Source: Methanobacteriota archaeon
GTDB lineage: Archaea; Thermoplasmatota; Poseidoniia; Poseidoniales; Thalassarchaeaceae
Assembly (NCBI GenBank): GCA_002722735.1
Contig: PBMR01000009.1
Location: 42,881-106,880, forward strand
DNA: 64,000 bases
Reading direction: 5' to 3'
A model generated the notes under the pieces. The model was given only the letters and a program-made list of their open reading frames with translations. It was not told the origin of the DNA and searched no databases. Within the stretch, counting starts at the first letter, position 1, and the number at the start of each line of letters is the position of its first letter. Below are positions 1-9,345 of the stretch, in pieces. The position numbers and the translations under genes were made by a program.

Positions 1-617
1 ATGTTAGTGGGGGGAATACCCAGGTGATTGCTCGTGCCGAAGGCCGCTACAGGGTATTAGGCGAAACCCTTGACATAGGAATCGGTAACATGCTGGACAA
101 GTTTGCAAGAACTCATGGAATCCCCTTCCCCGGGGGCCCGGAGATCGAGAGGCTTGCCGACGCCTGCCTACAGGAAGGTCCCCCGAGCCTCGATGACGTG
201 CTATTGCCGTACGGCGTTCACGGAATGGACATTGCATTCTCGGGTATCCTAACATCCGCTGTCCAGAAGGTCCGTGACGGCATCCCATTGCGAGTTGTTT
301 GTTGGTCTCTGCAGGAACATGCTTTCGCCACCTGTGTGGAAGTAGCTGAGAGGGCCTTGGCCCACACGGGAAAGACCGAGTTGCTATTGGGTGGTGGAGT
401 TGCCTGTAATGGGAGATTGAGGCGGATGGCACAAAAGATGTGCATTGACAGGGGGGGCAGCGCGCATTGGCCAGACAATGCCTACTGTGTTGACAATGGC
501 ACGATGATTGCGGAGTTGGGCAGGAGGATGCACCAGTGCGGCATCTCAACTAGGGTGGAGGACAGTGCGATCAACCCCTCTCTCCGAACTGACAACACTA
601 GCGTTGCATGGGCATGA
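1..617 (+). CDS. kae1: tRNA N6-adenosine threonylcarbamoyltransferase Kae1/TsaD (5'-truncated by window)
   Basis: Frame 3 reads VSGGNTQVI...GETLDIGIGNMLDKFAR...GGGVACN...DNGTMIA, which are Kae1 motifs. No Bud32 fusion. Confidence 0.95.
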   Translation, partial: VSGGNTQVIARAEGRYRVLGETLDIGIGNMLDKFARTHGIPFPGGPEIERLADACLQEGPPSLDDVLLPYGVHGMDIAFSGILTSAVQKVRDGIPLRVVCWSLQEHAFATCVEVAERALAHTGKTELLLGGGVACNGRLRRMAQKMCIDRGGSAHWPDNAYCVDNGTMIAELGRRMHQCGISTRVEDSAINPSLRTDNTSVAWA

Positions 618-675
618 CATATCGAGAATGCTTATGAGAGTCGGTTAGACCGAGGCACTGAGGACTGATTAGACA

Positions 676-1467
676 GTGCAGCGGAGGAGGAAGCGAAAGG
701 CAGAACCGAAGAACGTCTTCGGTTCAGGTTCTCAGCCCAAGACCCCGAAAAAGGAATCTATGCGTTCAAGCGAACGGCCTGCTAAGTCCAAGATCAAACC
801 CCTCCCCCCCACGATCCCGGGTTCTAAACCCAAACCATTCGTTGCTCCTGGCCCCCTCCAGCTCGAACCCGAAGTCGACGATATTGCCGAGACCAATGTC
901 CTTGTCGACCAAACCCCAATTTCCGAGGACTCACCTTCTGCTGCTATTCTCGAACAACAACTGCTGGGAGATCCGCAGAGGTCTCAACTTGGCCTTAGTA
1001 AGCCAGTTCCAGCTGCTCCCGAGCCAGAGGTGATTGAACGCACTAGAACCACCAGTGAAAGGGCAAAGGAACTGATTGAAAGCAGCAGGGCCAGGGCCTC
1101 GGCTCGGGTGGACCCCCCTCGTAAGCCCAAGTCCCCAGCGGAAAATGACACTCCAAAACCACAAATCAAGCCCCGGAGGAAGTTCAGGAGCAGGGTCCGT
1201 TCATTTCAGCCAGCCGCCAGAGCAAGGAGACTAGATAGGAGTAGGCACATGGAGTACAAGTACGAGATGAGGCTGAAACTCTCTGATATGGGGATTGCAG
1301 AGGAGCACAGATCCAATATCCTTGCTACTATCTGGGCACGCGGTGAGCGAAAGACATCCAATGAATCAAAGGAGTTTCTCAACGAGAAGCTCCAAGAGGG
1401 CATAATCAACGATGAGCAGAGTAAGAAACTGGGAAAGATCATCGACGAATACACGGTCAGACGGTAG
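676..1467 (+). CDS. hypothetical protein (Pro/Lys-rich N-terminus, helical C-terminal domain)
   Basis: 263-aa ORF filling the gap between kae1 and the mutase gene; no motif recognised. Confidence 0.7.
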   Translation: MQRRRKRKAEPKNVFGSGSQPKTPKKESMRSSERPAKSKIKPLPPTIPGSKPKPFVAPGPLQLEPEVDDIAETNVLVDQTPISEDSPSAAILEQQLLGDPQRSQLGLSKPVPAAPEPEVIERTRTTSERAKELIESSRARASARVDPPRKPKSPAENDTPKPQIKPRRKFRSRVRSFQPAARARRLDRSRHMEYKYEMRLKLSDMGIAEEHRSNILATIWARGERKTSNESKEFLNEKLQEGIINDEQSKKLGKIIDEYTVRR

Positions 1468-1556
1468 CACCCGATTGAGAATGGTTCTTGTTGCCTTACC
1501 CGTTGGGCTTCTCCGTGGGAGGCAAAACCACCGACAATTCACATGATAGGGCAATT

Positions 1557-3053
1557 ATGCCCATGGCCGGCGAGCCCCCCTACAGGAGGGGGATTCACAA
1601 TGAGATGTACTCCCACCGCTTGTGGACAATGAGGCAGTACGCCGGATTCTCCACTCCTGCTAAGACAAACCATAGATTCCGCACTCTGTTGGACGGTGGA
1701 CAAACCGGCCTCTCCGTAGCCTTCGATCTTCCCACCCAACTGGGTCTCGACTCTGATGACGAACAGGCAGTGGGCGAGGTTGGAAAGGTCGGTGTGGCTA
1801 TCGACTCCATTCACGACATGAGGGCCCTATTGGAGGGCATAGACCTCAGCCAAATCTCAACTTCGATGACGATAAATGCCCCTGCTACCACACTATTGGC
1901 CCTATACGTTGCCGTGGCCGATGAGCGAGGGATTCCGAGAGGCGATTTATCCGGGACTGTGCAGAATGACATAATCAAGGAGTACATTGCAAGGGGCCTC
2001 TACATCTATCCTCCCAAGCAATCTGTGAGGCTCACTACCGATCTGATGAATTGGTGCAGGGACCAAGTGCCAAGGTGGAACTCAATTTCTGTTAGTGGCT
2101 ACCACCTCAGGGAGGCTGGATGCACTGCAGGCCAAGAAATCGGACTAACTCTCTCAAACGCCCTTTTCTATGCAAGGAGCGCGATAGAATCAGGGTTGGG
2201 AATCGACGATTTCGCACCGAGGATGTCCTTCTTCTTCGCTTGCCACAATGACTTCCTAGGAGAGATCTGCAAATTCAGAGCTGCCAGGCAGCTCTGGTTC
2301 GAACTGGTGACTTCGGAGTTCGAACCTAGCAATCCGAAATCATCTCAACTGAGATTCCACACTCAGACATCAGGCGTAACCCTAACTGCACAGCAACCTC
2401 TGAACAATGCGATCAGGGTTGCCTACCAAGCTCTAGCTGCAGTGATGGGTGGAACGCAATCACTGCATACAAATAGCTTCGACGAGGCTCTTGGACTACC
2501 TACCGAGGAGTCAGCCATCATTGCCCTCAGAACTCAGCAGATACTAGCCGAGGAATCCGGGGTTACTGCGCATACCGATCCACTTGGGGGATCCTACTCC
2601 GTAGAGGAATTGACTGATCAGCTAATTCGCGAATCTAGGGACATTATCACCGAAATTGACTCATCAGGCGGTGCAATGGAGTGCGTGAAATCAGGTATCC
2701 AGCAGAGGATGATTCATGAAAGCGCCTGGTCCCAGATGCAGCGGGTGGAAAGCGGGCAAGAGCCAATCGTGGGCGTAAACATCCACTCTGACGGAACCAC
2801 ACCACACTATGAAGGCCCAAGGATTGATTCCAGTGAAGAGTCATCGAAGGTTAGGGAGTTGCGTGGTATTCGTAAGAGGAGGGACCATGCCAAGGTGTCC
2901 GAGGCCCTTTCGGAGCTAGTAGGGGCATGCAAAGACGGAACAAATGTCATGGAGCCCTTAGTAGGGGCAATGAAGGCCGAGGCTACCGTAGGGGAGGCCA
3001 ATGTCGTGATGAGGGAGGCCTTCGGCACATGGATGGCCCCGAGTGGTGTTTGA
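1557..3053 (+). CDS. methylmalonyl-CoA mutase, substrate-binding subunit
   Basis: WTMRQYAGF, GQTGLSVAFD, QNDIIKEYIARG, RFHTQTSG and QSLHTNSFDEAL motifs. Tyr/Arg specificity residues fit methylmalonyl-CoA. No B12-binding domain, so a split enzyme. Confidence 0.93.
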   Translation: MPMAGEPPYRRGIHNEMYSHRLWTMRQYAGFSTPAKTNHRFRTLLDGGQTGLSVAFDLPTQLGLDSDDEQAVGEVGKVGVAIDSIHDMRALLEGIDLSQISTSMTINAPATTLLALYVAVADERGIPRGDLSGTVQNDIIKEYIARGLYIYPPKQSVRLTTDLMNWCRDQVPRWNSISVSGYHLREAGCTAGQEIGLTLSNALFYARSAIESGLGIDDFAPRMSFFFACHNDFLGEICKFRAARQLWFELVTSEFEPSNPKSSQLRFHTQTSGVTLTAQQPLNNAIRVAYQALAAVMGGTQSLHTNSFDEALGLPTEESAIIALRTQQILAEESGVTAHTDPLGGSYSVEELTDQLIRESRDIITEIDSSGGAMECVKSGIQQRMIHESAWSQMQRVESGQEPIVGVNIHSDGTTPHYEGPRIDSSEESSKVRELRGIRKRRDHAKVSEALSELVGACKDGTNVMEPLVGAMKAEATVGEANVVMREAFGTWMAPSGV

Positions 3054-3470
3054 ATGGAAGAAGGGTCGATTAACCACATTGGAATCGCTACCAAGTCTCT
3101 AGACGAGGCCGGGGCCATTTGGTCGGCCTTCGGCTTCGAGCCAACAAATGAAGAAGTCCTTCCTGATCAAGGAGTGAGGGTGCGCTATCTTGCGGGTTCG
3201 GGCGGAACTAGGATCGAACTGCTCGAGCCATTGGACGATGGTGGCCCCGTTGGGAGATTCATAGCCAACAAGGGCGAGGGAGTGCAGCAGGTTGCAGTTG
3301 ATGTCGAGGACATCGAACTCGCTATCGCCCGTTTGAAGTCTATAGGATTAGAGATGATCAACGAACAGCCTACCATCGGCTCGGGCGGGCATAGGATAGC
3401 TTTCGTACATCCCTCGTCCTGCGGTGGAGTCCTAATCGAACTTGTCGAAAAGCCACAGTCAGAACGATGA
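3054..3470 (+). CDS. mce: methylmalonyl-CoA epimerase
   Basis: INHIGIA...IELLEP...GEGVQQVA...AFVHP..GGVLIELVE (VOC fold); adjacent to the mutase. Confidence 0.92.
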   Translation: MEEGSINHIGIATKSLDEAGAIWSAFGFEPTNEEVLPDQGVRVRYLAGSGGTRIELLEPLDDGGPVGRFIANKGEGVQQVAVDVEDIELAIARLKSIGLEMINEQPTIGSGGHRIAFVHPSSCGGVLIELVEKPQSER

Positions 3471-3795
3471 AAAAGGCTCCCTTGGTCGACAGGTCATGAT
3501 TAGTTCACTAGAGCGTTTTGGAATCATCAGCAGTTCGAGTGTCGTTGCGATTCAGGAGGAGGTCGAATTCCTCCTTGACACTCTCGAGGTCCTTAGGGCA
3601 ACCAATGAAATCTCCAATGATGCGTTCTTGGAAGCAGGCTCAATTCAAGGTGGGCTGACTCTGATTCTGAACCTGCTCTCGCAGGGAATTTCGGATGAAG
3701 AGGCGAACTCCCAGTTGCTGAGGCTCAAAGAGCGGGCCAAGTCGTTGAATGACTCATTCCCTGGCCTGAATGATAAGATCGAGAGTCGAAGGTGA
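3442..3795 (+). CDS. hypothetical protein (start uncertain; alternative ATG at 3496)
   Basis: 117-aa ORF co-oriented with and overlapping the end of mce. Confidence 0.65.
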   Translation: MSKSHSQNDEKGSLGRQVMISSLERFGIISSSSVVAIQEEVEFLLDTLEVLRATNEISNDAFLEAGSIQGGLTLILNLLSQGISDEEANSQLLRLKERAKSLNDSFPGLNDKIESRR

Positions 3796-3823
3796 CTGCC
3801 AGCTTTTCTCATCCCATCAACTG

Positions 3824-3872
3824 TCTAAATATTACTATAGTAATACTCAGGTAATATTATATTTAGAGTAAT
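3824..3872. promoter_or_regulatory. AT-rich promoter/operator with nested inverted repeats
   Basis: Perfect palindrome TATTACTATAGTAATA (3830-3845); outer inverted repeat TCTAAATAT (3824-3832) / ATATTTAGA (3859-3867); GTAAT repeated at 3840, 3851 and 3868. Confidence 0.6.
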
Positions 3873-3884
3873 TTGTCCGGGGTT

Positions 3885-4055
3885 ATGCCCAAGGTAAGCC
3901 TTGACATGCCGAATGAGATACTTAACGATCTGAAGGTGCACGTGGGCGATGACAAGAAGTTCGTCAGCGTTGCGGACGCAATCAGGACTGCTTGTCGAAA
4001 GATGCTTGACCAACTGGATGAGATTGATGCTCGCCATGGGAGAATGGGGGAATAG
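3885..4055 (+). CDS. ribbon-helix-helix (CopG/MetJ/Arc-like) regulator
   Basis: MPKVSLDMPNEILNDL...FVSVADAIRTACRKML fits the beta-alpha-alpha RHH pattern; 56 aa. Confidence 0.8.
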   Translation: MPKVSLDMPNEILNDLKVHVGDDKKFVSVADAIRTACRKMLDQLDEIDARHGRMGE

Positions 4056-4056
4056 C

Positions 4057-4638
4057 ATGGTAAGCAAGGAAGAGGCCGCCTCAGCAGTAGACACCTTGGT
4101 TCGTTACATCGAGGGTTGCAACGGTGAATTGAGAGAGGGATTGGAGCATACTCCTCTTAGGGTCGTAGACTCGTATGCCGAGGTATTCTCTGGATATGCA
4201 GGTGATTCGAGGGCGACTCTGGACTCGACCTTCAACGCGGAGGGGTATGACGGAATCGTTCTGTTGAGGGACATTGAGTTTCACAGCACCTGCGAGCATC
4301 ACCTCCAACCCTTCTCCGGAAGAGCACATATCGCCTATATTCCAATTGAGAGGATTGTGGGCATAAGCAAACTCGCTAGGCTACTAGATATCCATGCAAA
4401 GAGGCTACAGAACCAAGAGAGGGTCACTAAGGGGATCGCTGACGACTTGGAGAAGTATCTCAAGCCCCTTGGTTGTGCGGTAATCATCGAGGCGCAGCAC
4501 GGTTGCATGAGATGTAGGGGCGTTCAGAAGCAGAACGCAATAATGACGACTAGTGCGATGAGAGGTGTCTTCTTTGAAAAGGCCGAAGCCCGCTCGGAGC
4601 TAATGAAACTAATCCGCAGTGACTCACTGCAGGGGTAA
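4057..4638 (+). CDS. folE: GTP cyclohydrolase I (type IA)
   Basis: TPLRV, STCEHHLQPF, GISKLAR, RLQNQER and HGCMRCRGV motifs. Confidence 0.95.
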   Translation: MVSKEEAASAVDTLVRYIEGCNGELREGLEHTPLRVVDSYAEVFSGYAGDSRATLDSTFNAEGYDGIVLLRDIEFHSTCEHHLQPFSGRAHIAYIPIERIVGISKLARLLDIHAKRLQNQERVTKGIADDLEKYLKPLGCAVIIEAQHGCMRCRGVQKQNAIMTTSAMRGVFFEKAEARSELMKLIRSDSLQG

Positions 4639-4642
4639 GTGA

Positions 4643-5239
4643 ATGGTCTCTTACCCAATAGTCGAGATTTTCCACTCGGTCCAGGGCGAGGGGCATCACT
4701 GTGGAATTCCTCACGTTTTCGTTCGATTCGGGAACTGCAACCTCCGGTGCGAATGGTGTGACACCGACTTCCTTACCTATGAGGAGAAGGAGTTAGATTC
4801 CATAGTTGAAGAGGTATTGACATACAATTGTGACAGGGTCGTCTTCACTGGGGGGGAGCCGGCTATGCAGGATCTAGCCACAATAGGCCGACGGCTCAAG
4901 GAACACGGAATCACCCTCTCCATCGAGACAAACGGTTCCATCCCAGTGGATTCTATCATCGACTGGATTTGTGTCAGCCCTAAGGACCAGGTCTATCCCA
5001 ATGTGACTGTCAAGCAGATCACCGGGGACGAACTGAAGGTTGTGTACTGCGGCCAATCGCTGGATATGTATGACGAATTGAGATTAGGTTTTGACCATCA
5101 CTTCCTTCAGCCGTGCTACGTGGAATCGGCCTCAGTGGAACAGAACGGCAGGGACTTCCAGATCGTAGAGCAGCTGGTCAAGGATAGCCACGGATGGAGG
5201 TTGAGTTTACAGACCCACAAGTGGATGGGGGTGCTTTGA
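4643..5239 (+). CDS. queE: 7-carboxy-7-deazaguanine synthase (radical SAM)
   Basis: EIFHSVQGEG, CNLRCEWCDT, TGGEP, IETNG, VSPK and LSLQTHK motifs. Confidence 0.95.
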   Translation: MVSYPIVEIFHSVQGEGHHCGIPHVFVRFGNCNLRCEWCDTDFLTYEEKELDSIVEEVLTYNCDRVVFTGGEPAMQDLATIGRRLKEHGITLSIETNGSIPVDSIIDWICVSPKDQVYPNVTVKQITGDELKVVYCGQSLDMYDELRLGFDHHFLQPCYVESASVEQNGRDFQIVEQLVKDSHGWRLSLQTHKWMGVL

Positions 5240-6019
5240 TTGCGAGCAGTGATGTCACTCTCAGGTGGGATGGACAGTACAGCACTACTGTTGAGACTCT
5301 TGGCCGACGGTTACAAGGTATCTTGCCTGACATATGACTACGGGCAGAAGCACTCGATTGAGATCGAGCGCGCCAAGTCAAACATCTCATACCTGAGAAG
5401 TAGGGGAATTGATGTAGTGCATACTGTTGTTGACCTGAGATCGGCTATGGGTTCATTCCATTCCGCTTTGACCACGCCGGAATTTGAAGTTCCCGAGGGA
5501 CACTACGAGTCGGAGCAGATGAAGCATACGGTGGTTCCCAATAGGAACGCCATTTTCTCATCAATCCTCTATGGCCATGCACTATCAGTGGCCACACGGG
5601 AAAAATCCCAAGTATCCATCGCGCTTGGTGTGCACAGCGGGGACCACGAAATATACCCTGACTGCCGGCCAGAGTTCTACGTGGCCCTCGAATCTGCCTT
5701 CAGAGTAGGCAACTGGGCCAGCGACACGGTATCCTTCCACTTGCCTTACATTGATGAGGACAAGTCCTCCATACTCATTGATGCCCTCGATTCAGTGGAT
5801 GCCCTGGGGTTGGACTTTGACACTGTTTTCGCGAACACGATTACTTCGTACAACCCAGACCCGATTGGTCGAAGCTCTGGGAAGTCTGGTTCTGATGTGG
5901 AGCGGATACTTGCATTCCATTCTATTGGACGCAAGGATCCTGTGGAGTACGTCGACGTCTGGGATAAAGTACTGGAAAATGCAATCATCGCTGAGCGTGA
6001 TCAAGAGGCATCGACATGA
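5240..6019 (+). CDS. queC: 7-cyano-7-deazaguanine synthase
   Basis: SGGMDS, YGQKH, VVPNRNAIF and YPDCRPEF motifs; C-terminal Zn cysteines absent. Confidence 0.93.
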   Translation: MRAVMSLSGGMDSTALLLRLLADGYKVSCLTYDYGQKHSIEIERAKSNISYLRSRGIDVVHTVVDLRSAMGSFHSALTTPEFEVPEGHYESEQMKHTVVPNRNAIFSSILYGHALSVATREKSQVSIALGVHSGDHEIYPDCRPEFYVALESAFRVGNWASDTVSFHLPYIDEDKSSILIDALDSVDALGLDFDTVFANTITSYNPDPIGRSSGKSGSDVERILAFHSIGRKDPVEYVDVWDKVLENAIIAERDQEAST

Positions 6020-6435
6020 GTGACAGGCTTCCGCTATTCATTCCCGAAAGGGATGCGGAATGGAGGTCTAGGCTGACTCCGCTACAGTACCATGTGACTA
6101 GGGAGGCAGGAACGGAGAGACCCAACACAGGTCTCCTCAATATGGAGGAAAGTGAAGGCTCATACTACTGCGTTTGCTGTGGGCACATACTCTTCACAGC
6201 CGAGATGAAGTACAACTCCGGATGCGGTTGGCCTGCCTTCCACGCCGAGCACCCAGCCGCGGGAATCAGGAGGCTGACAGACAGGAGCCTCGGAAGGGTG
6301 CGTGTCGAGGTCAGGTGCGGCTCATGCGACTCACACCTAGGGCATGTCTTCGAAGACGGTCCCATTGAGTTCGGTGGTGAGAGGTACTGCATCAACTCTG
6401 CTAGCATGGACTTCATTCCGGAGGAAGACGCGTGA
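6016..6435 (+). CDS. msrB: peptide-methionine (R)-S-oxide reductase
   Basis: GTERP, SGCGWPAF, HLGHVFEDGP and RYCINS motifs; two CxxC Zn motifs. Confidence 0.96.
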   Translation: MSDRLPLFIPERDAEWRSRLTPLQYHVTREAGTERPNTGLLNMEESEGSYYCVCCGHILFTAEMKYNSGCGWPAFHAEHPAAGIRRLTDRSLGRVRVEVRCGSCDSHLGHVFEDGPIEFGGERYCINSASMDFIPEEDA

Positions 6436-6881
6436 CTTCTACTATCCGGCGCTGGGTGGAGACGGACACCGGTCATAGGGTGCCCAACCACAGGAGCAAG
6501 TGCCGTAACTTCCACGGTCACAGGTACAGGTGGGAGGCTGAATTGAAGGGAGAGGTCGTCACCAGGGACGGGGCCTCGGAGGAGGGCATGCTAATCGATT
6601 TCGGCGATGTTTCCAAGATTCTAGAGGAGCAGATTCACGACATCGTAGACCACGCTTTCATAATCTACGTGGGCGATAACGAAGGCATTGAGGCCCTCAC
6701 GGTTCTGGGGGCTGGCCATAAGACGCTGGTGGTTCCCTTTGTGCCCACAGCCGAGAACCTGGCCAAGTGGGCATTCGCCCAGATTGAGCCATTCATAGAG
6801 ACGGCTTATGGCAATGAGCTTCGACTAGCAGCATTCCACGTAAGGGAGACTCCTAAATCATGGGCAAGTTGGGCTCCTTAG
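6432..6881 (+). CDS. queD: 6-carboxy-5,6,7,8-tetrahydropterin synthase
   Basis: GHRV...KCRNFHGHRY, GMLIDF, DHAF, PTAENLA and VRETP motifs. Confidence 0.93.
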   Translation: MTSTIRRWVETDTGHRVPNHRSKCRNFHGHRYRWEAELKGEVVTRDGASEEGMLIDFGDVSKILEEQIHDIVDHAFIIYVGDNEGIEALTVLGAGHKTLVVPFVPTAENLAKWAFAQIEPFIETAYGNELRLAAFHVRETPKSWASWAP

Positions 6882-6907
6882 TGGTTAAAGATCCAATATC
6901 AATGAAA

Positions 6908-7834
6908 TCATAAATAGCGTCTCTCTTTGAGGTCATTGTGGTAGTGCCTGCCCAACTCGGGTCCCTTCTGAGCAATCCACTCGCTGAATAGAGACTCGCC
7001 CAATGGCTCTTCATTAGAAGCAACAAGGCCTTGCATGAGGCCCCGGATCTCTGCCCTAGTGATGACATCGTCCTTCAGAATTGCTCCGAAGGCCCTGCCA
7101 GCAGCCCATCCCATGATGGGGGGAACCGGCACAATCAGGCGACGAACCCCCATGCTTCTAGCAATCAATCCCACGAACTCTCGATAGGTGTATGTTTCTG
7201 GGCCGGCAGCATCCCTGGTCACATCCTCATTTCCCTTGCCCAAGCCTATGGCAATACGTGCCGAATCACGGACATGTATGGGCTGTATGGGGTATTCCCC
7301 CCATCCGAACACTCCAAAAACTGGGGATTTTCTGATTAACCAAGCCATGTTGTTGATCAGGACATTCCTCTTTCCACCGTACAATACGGTGGGCCGTATG
7401 ATTGCATACGAGAGTCCTGACTTCCTGAGGTCTCTCTCCACCTCCACCTTGCCCCTGAAGTAAGACCATCCCGGGGCCTCCTCTGGACGAGCAACGCTGA
7501 AGTGAACTACCCTACGAACTCCAGCCTCAGATGCGGCCCTGAATAATCTTCGACAGTTCTCAGTGGCTGTCGAGTGATCGTATCCCCCAGACTTCCTATT
7601 GTAGCGAACCCAGTAAGTGTTGTACATCACGTCTGCTCCACGCAGCGACTCCACGAGTGAAGTCCTGTCTTGGAAGTCTAGCGGATGTACTTCGATTCGC
7701 CCATCAAAGGGGTCGTCTCTGCCTACAGCGTTAGTTAGAGTTCGGACCCTAGCCCCCTCCGTGAGAAGCTGATGTGCTACCCATCTTCCGGAATAACCGA
7801 AGGCTCCGGTGACAATCTGGAGCCCCCCAATCAT
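6908..7834 (-). CDS. NAD(P)-dependent epimerase/dehydratase family (NDUFA9-like atypical SDR)
   Basis: VTGAFGYSG Rossmann motif; YFRGK, IIRPT and QPIHV. Confidence 0.85.
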   Translation of the reverse strand: MIGGLQIVTGAFGYSGRWVAHQLLTEGARVRTLTNAVGRDDPFDGRIEVHPLDFQDRTSLVESLRGADVMYNTYWVRYNRKSGGYDHSTATENCRRLFRAASEAGVRRVVHFSVARPEEAPGWSYFRGKVEVERDLRKSGLSYAIIRPTVLYGGKRNVLINNMAWLIRKSPVFGVFGWGEYPIQPIHVRDSARIAIGLGKGNEDVTRDAAGPETYTYREFVGLIARSMGVRRLIVPVPPIMGWAAGRAFGAILKDDVITRAEIRGLMQGLVASNEEPLGESLFSEWIAQKGPELGRHYHNDLKERRYL

Positions 7835-7900
7835 AACATTTCGAGAATCCAATACCCGAAAAAACCACCCTATGGATCCCATTGTTGACGGAAACAGGCA

Positions 7901-8659
7901 CTACGGGCTATTTCGTTCAAAGGCATCTGCAGCCTCGCCCACCACAGCGAGCAATCTGTGAATCTCATCTCCCTTGGGCAGTCCTCTCATGATCACTCGC
8001 AACAGCGTTTCCTCAATCCCTCGTCTGCGATGATCCCTCGTAGGCATGGAAGCGACGAGTCGCTTGACCTCGGATTTGAATCTCCTCCTAAGCTCGGGTG
8101 AGACGAGGCGCTCTTCAGTTTCGGGCGCGACATCCTCGGTCGAATTGACAAACCAAGCGAAGCACAGTATCGCCACCGCGTGGCTCAGGTTTAGTATGGG
8201 GTATCCCTCCCACGAAGGAATAGTCACCAGCAAGTCGCATACTCTCAACTGCTCGTTTACCAGCCCCTTACCTTCGGGACCGAATACCAATGCGACCGTC
8301 CCCTCGGTCCCATCGAGGCGGCGAGGCAGCTCCTCGGGCATTATGAAGTGACGCAACTCCGTCTTGCTCCCCCCCTCTCGTTTGCCAGAGGTGCCAACCA
8401 CGATTGAGCAGTCCGCGACGGCCTCGACGAACGAAGAATGAAGAGTGGCCTCTTCCAGGACTATCTGGGCAGACTTGGCCCTGTTTCTGACCTCCTCCGA
8501 CCAAGGTCCCTCTCTACCAACAACCCTGAGGTCACGGATGCCGAAATTGAGCATCGCCCTAGCGACAGCGCCTATGTTACCATCGTGCTTGGGATTCACG
8601 AGTATGATGCACAGGTTCTCACTGAACGGGGGGTTAGGAACGTTCTGCCTGCCTCCCAT
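7901..8659 (-). CDS. trmJ: tRNA 2'-O-methyltransferase, TrmJ/TrmH (SPOUT) family
   Basis: PKHDGNIGAVARAMLNFG, ALVFGPEGKGL and ILNLSHAVAI motifs. Confidence 0.9.
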   Translation of the reverse strand: MGGRQNVPNPPFSENLCIILVNPKHDGNIGAVARAMLNFGIRDLRVVGREGPWSEEVRNRAKSAQIVLEEATLHSSFVEAVADCSIVVGTSGKREGGSKTELRHFIMPEELPRRLDGTEGTVALVFGPEGKGLVNEQLRVCDLLVTIPSWEGYPILNLSHAVAILCFAWFVNSTEDVAPETEERLVSPELRRRFKSEVKRLVASMPTRDHRRRGIEETLLRVIMRGLPKGDEIHRLLAVVGEAADAFERNSP

Positions 8660-8695
8660 GTAGGTGGGAGGGGGGCTTTGATGATGAGGGGTGCG

Positions 8696-8908
8696 CTAGT
8701 CTTCCCTGCGCTGCTTGTACCTGGTGATGTATCCGGCAATCCAGTTTCTCATGCGCTTGTTCATCACATTGCCGTCCTCATCAACGAGGTCGGTGAACCT
8801 CCCCACAAGTTCCTTGTTGGTGTCGAAGTCGTCAGTGAACTGATCCGGGTAGTTCTCAACCAGGCGGAGGGCTCTGGACTTGATGAAAGAAGGACGGATG
8901 TTCCCCAT
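8696..8908 (-). CDS. rps17e: 30S ribosomal protein S17e
   Basis: [10 protein letters not shown]...FTDDFDTNK...[13 protein letters not shown]. Confidence 0.96.
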   Translation of the reverse strand: MGNIRPSFIKSRALRLVENYPDQFTDDFDTNKELVGRFTDLVDEDGNVMNKRMRNWIAGYITRYKQRRED

Positions 8909-8910
8909 GA

Positions 8911-9174
8911 TCAGTCCTCCAGAAGCTTGACTTCGAGGGGAAAACCCTCCTCTCGTGTGCAGACGACGCGAATCTTCCGGGGTGGGTGCTGCATCCCACG
9001 TGACCAGATCGCATGGTTGACGGACTCGTCGATCCAGATGTCCTCGTCCTCGGTCTTCTTCATGTGCCTTGCCACGTGTAACTTGACCTCTGCCATGGCC
9101 CTCTTCGCCCTATTGGTTCGAGGAACTTTCCAAGCAGCCCTAAGTGGAATGGTCAACTCCTTCACCTCGGCCAA
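8911..9174 (-). CDS. rpl31e: 50S ribosomal protein L31e
   Basis: [16 protein letters not shown]...[25 protein letters not shown] start after the SD GAGGTGA. Confidence 0.96.
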   Translation of the reverse strand: MAEVKELTIPLRAAWKVPRTNRAKRAMAEVKLHVARHMKKTEDEDIWIDESVNHAIWSRGMQHPPRKIRVVCTREEGFPLEVKLLED

Positions 9175-9178
9175 ATTA

Positions 9179-9334
9179 TCACCTCTGTAGTTTGGAGCGA
9201 CGCCACATGTGCCGCTTGGGGTGGGTGTTGACCCTCCTGTTGGTCCTCATGACAACCCAAACGGGGACTCTCTTATTCTGCTTAGTGACCTTATTCAGCC
9301 TCTTCTTCTTGGCAGTGGGCTTGTTTCTGGCCAT
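9179..9334 (-). CDS. rpl39e: 50S ribosomal protein L39e (absent from ORF track)
   Basis: Manual translation gives [51 protein letters not shown]. Confidence 0.97.
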   Translation of the reverse strand: MARNKPTAKKKRLNKVTKQNKRVPVWVVMRTNRRVNTHPKRHMWRRSKLQR

Positions 9335-9345
9335 CAAAACCCCTC

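Noticed and set aside
4057..6881. dpd-type DNA 7-deazaguanine modification or defence island
   Set aside because: No dpdA/TGT-like, dpdB-K, nuclease or mobility genes; the housekeeping context favours tRNA archaeosine supply.
8438..9190. 250-aa plus-strand ORF and other long antisense ORFs (e.g. 27014-27766, 43314-43940, 60947-61699)
   Set aside because: They are shadows of well-supported genes on the opposite strand.
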